Shown: one piece after another, positions 12,498-24,066 of the stretch
Numbering within the stretch: position 1 is the first letter of the stretch
Layout: every line of letters begins with the position of its first letter
From: Vitrella brassicaformis CCMP3155
Taxonomy: Eukaryota; Protista; Chromerida
Length of the DNA: 64,000 bases
NCBI GenBank assembly: GCA_001179505.1
Contig: CDMY01000437.1
Coordinates: 1 to 64,000 of the forward strand
Reading direction: 5' to 3'
Notes under the pieces: model-generated
Databases searched by the model: none
Told to the model about the DNA's origin: nothing
Seen by the model: only the letters and a program-made list of their open reading frames with translations
Program-made: the position numbers and the translations under genes

Positions 12498-13319
12498 CTC
12501 GTGTCCTGTCCTCTTCGGACGGGCCCTCACCACACAGATTAAACTGCTCAGATCTGCCGCCCTGGACCTACAAATCACGATGAGACGGAAACTGGGGCGT
12601 GGTGAAGAGGTCGCCTGGTCGCTCCACTGCCACTGATCTGCCAAAAAGGTCAGGCGTTTCTTAAGCTCAGCTCGCCCTGCAGGGTGTAGGGTTCAAACCC
12701 TAAGTCAGTGAAGCACTCGTTGATGCAGCCGCCTCCTTTGATTCATCGGCTGCCTTCCCATCGCTCGTTTCTCTTCGATAAGGTCCAGCAGCAGCAGCAG
12801 CAGAGTGTGCTCCTGCTGCCTCGGATCACCGTGTTGCCTAGCGGGGAATTCGTCCCGGTACTTGCCTCACCCCGGTCTGCCAATTGGCTCCTTGTCAGCC
12901 CACTCACGGCCCACTGCACGAGATCTGTCAGCTGTCCCCTCTCTGTCTTGCTCCATCTTCTCGTGCGCTCCGCCGGCACACAGGCGGCTGCTGGCGGCAC
13001 AGGCAGGTGCGTAATTCAGGCGGACGTCATGTCATGCACACGGCGGGCGCGTGACACGCCGAAATGATGCATGTGCTGTCTTGACGGTTGGTGCCTGGAT
13101 CTGTGTGCGGTGTGCTGCAGACGTACGTCGTGTGGTGTGTGAGGTGCAGCGGTGTGACAAAGGAGTGAGGGCACTCCAACAACTGGTACGCAGAAACAGA
13201 CAGATGGGCACACAGACACAGCGGGACTCACACGCACAGTATGTCTCCTCTCTCTGTGTGGCTGTCTGTGTATCCTCAGTGTGTGCAGGTGTGACTGTCT
13301 GAGTGGCTCTCTGATGGCT

Positions 13320-15291
13320 TCGACGCGCTGATGGCGATGATATCTGCTGAAGGGAGAGAGATCGGCCGATGAGCCGACGGACGTGCTGACTGAACTGAAC
13401 TGAAACCCTCACTCTGTCGCCTTTTGGTCGTATGTGCGTCGATCTCACTGTGTTGTGTTGTGGGGCTTTGCGTGTCGGTCGGTCTGCCTGCCACTGTCAT
13501 ACGTCCTCCGACTCCGACTTGTCAGTCGTCTGCTGCCATGAGTGTGTCGGCTGATGAGTTGGGGGGCGGGGGAGAGATGACAGACAGACAGACAGGCGGA
13601 CAGACAGACAGACAGACAGAGAGGGAGGAGTGGCTGGCTGGCTGCACAAAGGAATCGCTGTGTGAGGTGGCGGTGGCCGTCTGTCTGTGAAATGGGCGCG
13701 CGCGACGCTTGCTCGCGAGAGTGTGTTGATCTCTCGTCGGTGCATCCGTCACACACGGCCGGCTCTCAGACAGACAGACAGCCCGACACACACACACACT
13801 GATCTGCCTGATGCCTGAGAGAGAGAGAGAGAGAGAGAGAGTGTTCGCATGTGTGTCCTCCCCCCCACTGTGGGCATCTCACACACGAGCTGGCAACTCG
13901 AGAGCGTCAGCCCATGAAGGGTGTTGGTGCTTTAGGGTTGCCGGGCGGCGACAGAGATGCGCACAGAGGGGCGGGGGAGAGAATGAATGGACACAGAGAG
14001 AGAGAGAGATCTGTTTATCTGTCTGTGTGTCACGTGTGGCTGTTTGACAAAGCTGCGTTTTGTCCGTTGAGGACAGACCGACATAACTGTGGATGGATCT
14101 CATGACGTGTTTCTGTGGGTGCGTGGCGCATTGGCGAATGGCAGGGCGGCTGGGTGGCTGCTGACGCAAAGTGAGAGAGAGACGTCGGTCTGGTTTCTTC
14201 GTTGTTTGCCCGCGTGTGTTGGTGTTGGCGGCGTCACCTCGCGCGCAGATAATTTCCTGCCTGACTATCTGTTTATGTATGTCGATATGAAGGCAATGCA
14301 AAGATCCGTTTTGTATGTAAGGGCCCACCTCACACACACAGACACATAGACACACACACACACAGAGAGAGAGAGAGATCTGTTCATCTGTTTATCTGTT
14401 TGCATCCCTACCTGCCCGTCCTGCCTGTTGGTGTGCCAGCCATGATGTCTGTCTGTCTGTCTGACTGACTGAATGGTGGCGATGATGTGTGCTGAAGGGA
14501 GACAGATCGGCCGATGCGCCGACCCCTGCTGCCCAATAAGTACTGACTGCCTGGCCTTAGCTGACATCTCTCTCTCCCTCGTGTGTGGGTGTCGGTCGTC
14601 GACTGACGGACGACAGACAGCAGGACAACATGAGAGCTCATTGTGCGGCGGTGTGCGGCGGTCTGATGATGGACTTTGGTGTCTGCGAGCAATGGTACAG
14701 CGACAGACACACAGAGAGGGAGGGACACACAGACGGACAGAGAGGGGCGGCCGATGACGTCTGTGTGTGTGTGGGTCTGTGTGTGTGTGTCAGGTGTGGT
14801 TGGTGTGCTGATTCACTCGCTGGAACAAAGCCACACGACGGCCGAGCGGCTGCCGCTGTGAGATCGGCCGATGAGTCGACGAGCTGATGTGAGTGAACTG
14901 ACTGTCTCTCTCTCTGCCGCGTGGACGGCATCGATGGACTGACGGCTGTCGTGTTTATGAGAGTGTATTGTATTGTGGGGCTTTGGGTGTCGGTCGGTCT
15001 GGCTGCCATTGTCATCTCATCCTCGCCCACCACTTCTCAGCCGTCTGCTGCCATGAGTGTGTCGGCTGATGAGTGGGGGGCGGGGGAGATATGACAGACA
15101 GACAGAGAGGGAGGACTGGCTGGCTGGCTGCACAAAGGAATCGCTGTGTGAGGTGGCGGTGGCCGTCTGGCTGTGCGTCAGCCTTGTGGGATGGCTGCTC
15201 GCGAGAGTGTGTCGATCTCTCGTCGGTGCATCCGTCACACACGGCCGGCTCACAGACAGACAGCCCGACACACACACACACACTGATCTGC

Positions 15292-15324
<33 letters not shown>

Positions 15325-15830
15325 GGTTTCCCTCGTGTGTGTCCTCCCCTCTCCCTCTCTGTGGGCATCTCTCATCTCGACCGGCAACTGGAGAGCGTCA
15401 GCCCACGAAGGGCTTTGGTGCTTTAGGGTTGCCGGGCGGTGACAGAGATGCCCACAGAGGGGCGGCCGAGGGAATGAATGGACACACATACGACTGCTTA
15501 CCCATCCCACCAAATGAGACAGTGGATGGGTCCCTTTGCCGACCGTCCTGATGTCATACTTGCACACCCACACACAGATGTGTTGTGTGTCTGTCTGTCT
15601 GTCTGTGTGTGTGTGCGTCTGGGTGGGCCTGACGCACCGACGAATGGCGGCAGTGTGACAGAGAGATGGGACGGCCGCATAAGGAAGAGAGGGGCCTCCT
15701 TGGTTCTTCTTCCGCCGTCACCTGAGGCAGACGTCAGTGAATTCTCGTCTGACTTTCTCTTTATGTCGATATTTACACAAGGGTGTGTTTTGTATGTGAG
15801 GGCCCACCACAGACAGACACCGACGTGTGG
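13320..15830. repeat. Degenerate tandem duplication of a non-coding unit, period about 1.5 kb
   Basis: GCTGCCATGAGTGTGTCGGCTGATGAG at about 13532 and 15047, GGCTGCACAAAGGAATCGCTGTGTGAGGTGGCGGTGGCCGTCTG at about 13639 and 15126, TTTAGGGTTGCCGGGCGG at 13931 and 15422, TTTTGTATGT(A/G)AGGGCCCACC at about 14309 and 15788. Confidence 0.85.
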
Positions 15831-17244
15831 GTGTTCTCTTCTGTGCCTCTCTGTCACTGTGCTGTCACTTCCCTCGTGACGACGGCCATGTGTGTGTTTT
15901 TTGCCGTCGTGTGAGTGGCACACCCACACGGCCGGGTGAGAGAAAGAGACGCTTGTTTGGTGCTGCTGTAGTGTGATATGTCGGTGTGTCGGTGTGCTGG
16001 CTGTGGTGCCCTCGAAGCGCACCTCACACAGTGAGTGTTGCTCATCACTCTCTGTGTGGTGGCCATCGAGCGGCTGACAGACACACACACACGCACACAC
16101 AAAGGAGTGGCCAGGCCACTCGTCGGTGTGCAGACTATGCCATTGCCGGCCGAGTCATTATGACAGTCAATGCGCTCCTGACAGACTGACGCCCACAATT
16201 TGGCCCATCGATTCATCCGGCCGTCCAGCAGCGCCATACCTAAGGCGGCCCCACTGCACTGCATCGGTCTCACATCAGTGCCGATCGCCGACTGAGAAAT
16301 GGCCAATGACAGACAGAGGAAGGATGTCATGTGGGTCAGCGTGTGTGAGTGAGAGAATGACACAGAGAGAGACATCCACTGGTTGTCTGTCTGTGCGCTC
16401 TGCTTGTCTGCCTGTCTCGGCCGTCTTGTGGTTTGTTTGGGTTCGTTTTGGTGTGTTTGTGTCGACTGTTTCTGTCTGTCTTTCTTATTGTCTGTGTGGC
16501 CATGGGGTTCGTTTCGGTCTGTCTGTCTGTGTGGCATACCGACGGACAGGGAGTCAGAGAGTGTGGCGGGGCCATTAGCCTGACATACACAGAGAGACAG
16601 ATCAACACGACAGCTGCAGCAGGTGCATTGAGTCGATGATATCAGTGAGTCAGTCTCTTTGGGTCTCAGAAGCGATGGAATGAATATATATAATAAGCTG
16701 ATCACACAGACAGCTGGTGCGGCATATATACACACACACACATATCCACAGAGCCCTCCTGTACATGGGAATGTCTGTGCAGCGTGGGATGGGATGGGGA
16801 GAAGAGAGCAATCAACATAAGACAGACACCTCACACACATAGACACATCTCACCCTCCCGCCCTCTCATTCACTGTCCACCCGCCTCAGTCCGCACAAAC
16901 AAACAAAAAGAACGAGACGACAGCCAGGCAGGGAGGCAGGGAGGCACCATCAACCCCACACGCACGCACGGATAATCAGACAGACAGGCAGGCAGGCAGG
17001 CAGACAGGCAAGTGCACACCAGCCAGTGACATGTGTGTGGGATAAAACGGGTACATATACAGCCAGTCGATACTCTGTGTCTGTGTCTGTGTGTGGTATG
17101 TGTCTGTGTGTTTGTATGTGGGTCTCTGCGCGTCCATCCATCCATCCAGCCAGCCAGCCGCTCGCTATCCTTCCCCTCCTCCTCTGGGCTACTTAGTCAG
17201 TTCGTAGCGAGTTGCGTTAGCCATTGGGATACACACTGACTGGG

Positions 17245-18422
17245 TCACTCCATGCCCTCTGGCTGCCCCTCCCCGCCCCCACCGCCGCCCTCCTGCCCCT
17301 CAACGGCACCAGCCGCCTCACCTGCAGCAGCACCGGCCACCTCGATCTCCACCTCCTTGGCCTCGACGTGCCCCTTCCTCCCCTGCTTGCCCTTCTTCTT
17401 GGGTCGCGACAGCCCCTCCTCGCCCTGTGTGTCGTCCTTCTGGTCGTGCTTGCGCTTGCGCACCGTTTTGTGGACGGGGGGCACCACGGGGAGCTCCTGC
17501 TGCGGCATGTGCACCTGGGGCTGCAGCCCCTGCATCTGCATCTCCGGCACCCCCTCCACGTTCTGCACTATCACATGCTGCTCCTGCCCCGGCAGCTGCT
17601 GCATCTGCTGTACCATATGGACGTGGGCGCCCGGGGGCAGCATCAGGCCCTCGGGGTGGTGGTGGGCCAGCGGAATGCCCTTGTGGACGGGACCCAGCAG
17701 CTCCACACCCTCGGCCAGCGGCACCCCCTGCGGCACCATCATCGGGACCCCCTGCAGGGCCTCGTGTAGGGCAGCATGCTCGTGGTGCGATGCGTCCAGA
17801 CCCTCGGCGCCCTCGGGGGGCACGCCCAAGGCGGGCGCGGCATACTGCAGGTAGGCGGCGCTGGGCTGATCGGCAGACTCGGGAACGGCCAACTTCTTGC
17901 CCCTACCTGATGGAACAAGAAGCAGGGCCAGGGGAGAGAGAGGGGGTGTCTGTGGTGGGTGGGTGGATGGGGAGGGGAATGGGATTGATGCTTACGTTGA
18001 GTCTTGCGTTTGGGTTTGGCGCCGGGGAGGGACGCCCCGAGCTGCTGGGCTGATGCGTCGCCGCCATTCAGCTTGGACAACTTGTTCCTGCTTACGTGTG
18101 TTACACCCACCAGCCGCACACACACATACACACACGGCATGCAGGTCTTGGTGGCGTGTGCGCGCACCACACATGCTTGAGCTCCGATACGTTGCGATTG
18201 TCCCTCATCGTCTGCAGGAAGGATATATGGACACGCAGACGCACGCAGACGTCAGCCTGCCAGTGTGTGTGTGTGTGTGTGTGTGTGAGAAGGGGGGGAC
18301 TGACACACCTCGATATTAGCCGGCAGGGTGTAGCTACTCTCCGTCAACGCGTTATACATGCCGTCGGCGGCCTCACCTAGACACAACACACAACACACAG
18401 AGATGCTGGCATGGTTGTCTGT

Positions 18423-18454
<32 letters not shown>

Positions 18455-19693
18455 CGATGGAGTCGTGCGCCATGACCATGAGTTTGGCCAGCGCCCGCTT
18501 AATCTCCATCTTATCGAACAGGTGCACGTGCTTGGCAATGTCATCGCCACGGCAACGCTCTATCTTGACCTGGACCTTCATGTCCTGCACACCACACCAC
18601 ACCACACCACACACGTCAAGCTGGAGGGGGTGTGTGTGGGAGGAGAGGGTACCCGTGCGGCCGTGGATGTGAGGCATGGTATCTGCGCCTTCCAGATGGG
18701 TGGGCGACGGCTCTCCACCGACGGCACCTCACGCGACACGAAGTCCATCCACTCGACAGCGTACTCGTCCTGACATCATGTCACCACACCACACCACACC
18801 ACACCACACCACAGCATGCCCATCGGTGCAGGCTTCTGTCTGCCTCGCTGTCTCGTCAGTCACCTACTTGTCGGAATTTGGTGCAGATTTTGGAGAGGAA
18901 GTCCTTCAGAGCGTCCCTCGGTATGAGGCCCTCCCCGGCCAGCTCCTCGTCGGACTCGGTCAGCGGCAGGACCACGTCGTTCAACACCTCGTAGCAACGC
19001 ATCTGACACACATGCATGCAGCAACAACGAACAACCAACACAGAGGGAGCGGAGCATCGAAAGGGACATACAGACCTCCCCCCTTTCGCCTGCTCTGTGT
19101 GTGGCTGACCTCGAAGGTGGCGCCTTGGGCCTTGGACTGTCTGTCGGTGTCCTTGCTGTAGACCACCATCTCGCCACCCTCACGTCCACCCACGTGCAGC
19201 ACCTCTATCTCATCCGCATGGAAATACGGCGACCCGCCCAGCACTGCATGGCCAATTTCATCCCTCTCCCCCGTGTAGCCCGCAGGCACAAGATGGCCCA
19301 GGGTGAGCTGGCTGAAGGCAGCTGCGGATGTCGGCAGCCGGCGCGTCACCGCCAACTTCGCGACCCAACCGCAGCCACCCACCTATCTCCACACTCGCAG
19401 CATTCACTTGCCCCTCCCTCCCCGCCACCGACACACACTGGTTCTTGTCGTCGATGTCGATCTTGGTGGGCTCGGGGAAGTGGCCGGCCAGCGAGAAATC
19501 CCACACGTCACAGCCGTACCAGTGGCCACTGGTCGGCTCGTCGGGCGGCTGGATGCCGGCACTGATGAAGGAGCCGAAGACGTACTGGTCCTTGCGGATG
19601 AGGAACACGAGGCCGGTCTTGCCGCCCACACACCGCAGCACATCGCTGTAGGTCGTGCCGTCACGCGATGACCTGACGCACACACAGACAATG

Positions 19694-19728
<35 letters not shown>

Positions 19729-20006
19729 TGCTGCATCTATACCGGTAGATGGACTGCAGCTTCATGGTGTGGTCGCCCAGCAGTCCCAGCAGGTCGTAGT
19801 ACTCCTGCCGTGTCAGCGATGTGCCCTCCGGGAGATCAACCTGCCCAACAACACAGTGGCACACACACACACATGCGACCATGGCTGCCGAAGTCATGTT
19901 GTTTGTCGGATTGTTCTCACCGTCTGCATGTGAATCGCCAGCAGCGACGCCATGGCCTCTCGCAGGCCGTGGTTGGGATGGACGTCGACTCCGCAGTCGC
20001 GCCCTG
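17245..20006 (-). CDS. Chimeric TLDc-domain gene (frameshifted in TLDc) running in frame into a second multi-exon module with a Gln/Pro/His-rich, basic C-terminus
   Basis: TLDc motifs LQSIYR|SSRDGTTYSDVLRCVGG..VFGSFIS..GGSPYFHADEIEVLHV. A 4-nt duplication at 19307-19314 shifts the frame. Downstream exons MVVYSKD..|MRCYEVL..|DEYAVEW..|DMKVQVK..|GEAADGMY..|TMRDNR..W|NKLSK..|RGKKLAVPES..ME* splice in consistent phase. The 5' end is uncertain. Confidence 0.7.
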
Positions 20007-20615
20007 ATCAACACGACTCACTGCAGCCCTCACCTGGCCACAGATGAGACCCACACACTGGCCACACACACACAGAGAGATGCACACAGACAAAGAAGGT
20101 CAGCGCATTGAGGTGACTGAATGGGTGGGTCAGTGAGTGTGTGTGTGGCCTCCCTCTGACCTCTGCTATCTGTCAGCTCAGCGGCCCGCCCTTCCACCAC
20201 ACCAGTCCACAGGGCGGCGGTGGGACGGATGATTCCACTGATCCGCTAAGCCGTTCTCTCAGCCGAATGCGCCACGCTCTACAACGCACAGCTGTGAGAA
20301 AGGCACACAAGAGGCCGCCAAACACTCGGGGTCTGAAACCCTACCCTTGACCCCTTAAACCCTTTGGCCCGAAGCGCCCGCCGCAGCAAAAGGCTTCGAC
20401 GAGAGCATAGCCCCTTCGCGCTTCTGCCCCTCCTGTCGTGAATAGCACGGCAAGCATGGCCGTCTGATCATAGCTTTTGGACAGGAGAAAGATTGAGGAG
20501 CTGTGACTCTGCTGGTGCGGCGCATCTCCGTCGTGTGTCCTCTGCCCTCGTCGAGGGTGCTGCCGTCGCCTCCTCGGTGTCTGCTGTCGTCCCTTCTGCT
20601 GCGGTGAGCGGTGTT

Positions 20616-22937
20616 ATGGAGCCGTCTGTGAGTGTGCGGTTCGCTGGCGATGGGGAGGGCGATACGCCGCTCGTCGTCAAGGAAGGCGTCATACGGCAAT
20701 ACAAATACTTCACTTCGGTCCGGCACACCACACACGGCAGAGATGACAGACACGCGACATGCACGTCGTGTCGTCTGTGTGTGTGGGTGCAGGTGATGGA
20801 CGGCGAGTTTCAGGAGGGTCAGGAGCGTCAGGTGCGCATCGAGAAGATCAGCCGGTCCATCGGTGAGGTGGTGCTGCAGCAGGAGGTGGACATCGTCAGC
20901 TCGCTGACCAAGGACAATCTGCTGGATGCCATGATCGCTCTCGACTACCTCCAATTCGACACCGACCAGATCTTCACGACGGGCAGCAGCCAGAGCCTCC
21001 TGTGGCGCATCCATCGCAAGGTAAACAATGGGCACGAGAGCTCCTTCGCGGATCCACTGTTGGTGCATCTTGTCTGCCTGTATCAGGTTGTGTTGGACGG
21101 CTGGCTTGACGACCACCAGGTAGCCATGTGTCTGCTCGACAGCTTCGCCCAGTACCCCTTCATCGCCCGATTCATCCACTGCCATCCCGACATCTGCGCG
21201 GCGCTGCGTCAGTCTCTCCGCAAGAGGCCCGACGTCATCCGTGAGCAGTGGCGGCGACGCGAGAGGGGCGAGGCCGAGGATGACTCCGTCAAGGCAGCGG
21301 TGAGTCTGGTGGCTAGCCTAGGAGACGCCATGTCGTATGATGCAATGGACATGTCGCATCAAGAGCTGGCCCAGTTCATCACGGATGCGACGGGCTCATC
21401 GTCACTGCCGGCCGCACATGGTGAGGGACAAGAGGACAAGCAAGGAGAAAAACCCACCACCTGTCTGTGGTCGGTGTCTTTTCTGCAGCGGCTGTTTTCG
21501 AGTCCGACGAATTCTCATCTGCTTCTACGGCGGCGGTGCGGCCCTTTGCCGATGAGCAACAGGGAGCCATCACATGTGTCGGCTTCGCTGTCGATGTGGC
21601 GGGTCTTCCCCCTCCCTACACCCCGCACTCATCCAGCAACCTGCCGGCCGACGCCATCCGCGACGGCGATGCGAAGCTGACAGAGGTGGCGGGCTGGTAC
21701 GGCAGGTTGCATATCCGTCCAGTCGTTGGAATGCGAGCGGAGGGCGAGTCGTTTGTGAAGTGCTATTCGCCTGGCGGCTCTCTGGAGGTGGCTGGTGCTC
21801 ACGGCGATTCCGATGCCACTCGCCCCGCGATTCGACTGCATGAGAGCCCGGCCCTGATGGGCGCCCAGATTCAAATGGGCGGGGGGCCATCGGCTGGCGC
21901 CTCTGTCAGTCCATTTGGCGTGAAGCTACTGGGAGAGTCAACCTCCCTGTATGGCAACGTCCGCATGCTTGCTGCCGATGCGCTGGCGCAGCAGGGGCTG
22001 GGGGATACTCGTCTGAAAGATGTCGTGCTGCTCATGACACTCCGCCAGTTCCCAATGCGTGAACTGGCCTTGCACTTCTTGCGGATGTGCGTCATTGAGG
22101 GCTGCTATGAGGAGATCTCCAAAATGGCCAAGTAAGGGAAAACACGACACATCCAGCACTCAATGACTCACGTGTGAATGAGCAGATGTACTCACACCCG
22201 ATAAGTCGTGAATTCTGTGTGCGCCTGGGTGGTGGTATCGTCTTCGTATGTGCAGGTCGATTCGTCGTGAGCTTGCCGAGTACCTGCTCACCAACATGGC
22301 TTTGGCGAAGCGCCATCGCCTTCCGCTCATGCTCTTTTGGGCGGCGGGCATCGAGGGGCTTTCTTGCATCAGGAGCAACAAGGTCGTGTCGACGCTGCAG
22401 TCTGGCTTCGACGTCAGCGATGTGCCGGCCGTCCTTCCTGTGATCCCACTCCTCCCACCAGCCATCCAGACGGCCTTCAAGAATGCCCTCAGGGAGGCCC
22501 TCGACGATCAGGACGAAGACGCCTTTGACTACCTCTACAAGCAACTCATCGACAGAGAGACCACACGCAAAAAGGTCAGTCGCACTACCCTCCCCCAGCC
22601 AACTCCGCTTATCCTTCCGTTCCATATGCCTGCCTTCCTGACGGCCCCTCTGTCGTTCTGTGTCTATGTGGCTGTTGTGCGCGCAGGAGGCGGCCGAGCG
22701 GCAGTGTCTGGAGGCCGAGATTCAGCGGCTCCGAGAGGAAAACGCCACGGTCAAGGAACAGGTCAGTTGGATGTTTGTTCACACAGCACACATCAGTCGT
22801 TCATTCCCTGGCTGTCTTTCGTTCGTTTGAGGGTTTAGGAGCGTCGCGGGACGAAGCGGCCGCGAGATGAGATGGAGGGCCAGCAGCAGCAGCGCCAGCA
22901 GCAAGAGGGGGAAGCTGACCAGGAGATGAAGTCATAG
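20616..22937 (+). CDS. BTB/POZ-domain protein with C-terminal coiled coil
   Basis: N-terminus PLVVKEGVIRQYKYFTS|VMDGEFQEGQERQVRIEKISRSIGEVVL..LTKDNLLDAMIALDYLQ matches the BTB consensus (F..MF.G.F.E....V.I). About 8 GT-AG exons ending DQEMKS*. An upstream in-frame start is possible. Confidence 0.75.
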
Positions 22938-24066
22938 ACGGGCACACACATCCATCCATCCATCCATCGACATATACCAGCGGCTCATGTGTTCGTATGG
23001 TGCGTGTCGTGATCGATGATGAGTGTCTGTCTGTTTGTATCGTCTTGCTTGCGTGTCTGGCTGACTGATTGCGTGGATCGGACGGGACGGCTCGCTTGGT
23101 CGGTGTTTATATCCATGTGTGCTATGCTGCCTGGCGGATGCCGTCATGCCTTTTTGAGGGTATGAAGAAAACGTGACCGACTCAGCCAGGCAGTCAGCAA
23201 AGGTCTGTATGGTCAGCTCGCTGGTATGATTCCCTTCTCTATATCTGGTGGCCCTGATTGTGGTGTCCCCGCCTGTCAGGTATGCCCAAACGATACGTTT
23301 TGGTGTCATGTGCGGCCCTTTCGCCTTTTGTGTCACTGACTGCAGACCACTCTTTCTCTCTCTCTGTCAATACGTACGATGAATCTCAGCTCTCTTGCCT
23401 GTCTGCTGGTCGTCCGGATGCCTCTGTACATACATACCCCTACGTGGACGCTTGGTTCCGTGCGTGTTGGCCTGTTTCGCGTGTCTCTGCGATTTTCTGG
23501 TGCGGTGGATCCATCTATGTGTGGACATGTGCTCGCGCTCGTGGATGATGCGCGGATGTGACTGCAATGCAATGAACCCAGTCGATGGCTACTACAACTT
23601 CACTTTTAAACAGTGTCACACTCATACACAGCACATGAAGCTGTCAGTCACAGTGCGGTCCGTCCAATCTGTCTGTCTCTGAAGATGCAATGTGGCCTGA
23701 GCTGATCGCGTGGCCTGAGCTGATCGCTGGTGCGTAAAGGGCACTCAGCTGACTTCTGTCTGTCTGCCTGACTTGTGTCAGCCAGATCGTATGCTGATTG
23801 CAATGCAATGCCACGCCATGCCAGCATCAGGCAGCCCCCGTCCGTCATCGACACACACGGACGGACACACATCGCATCCATACAGCTATGCTATGCAGCA
23901 GATGAACGCGTCAGCTAGGAATGGCCCCACTGCGGCCCGTCTGCTCTGAATGAATGATCCACCACACACAATAGGCGGCCTGACAGACACCACCACCACC
24001 AACACCCACACACACGCACCTCTGATCATAGAAGTCTTCGTGTGGATGAGTGCCATTCCCTCACCG

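Noticed and set aside
12655-12705. tRNA-like A-box (AAGCTCAG) and B-box (GGTTCAAACCC)
   Set aside because: The boxes are only about 27 nt apart, there is no anticodon arm or acceptor stem, and the T-loop has 6 nt. Better explained by the promoter motif plus a telo-like hairpin.
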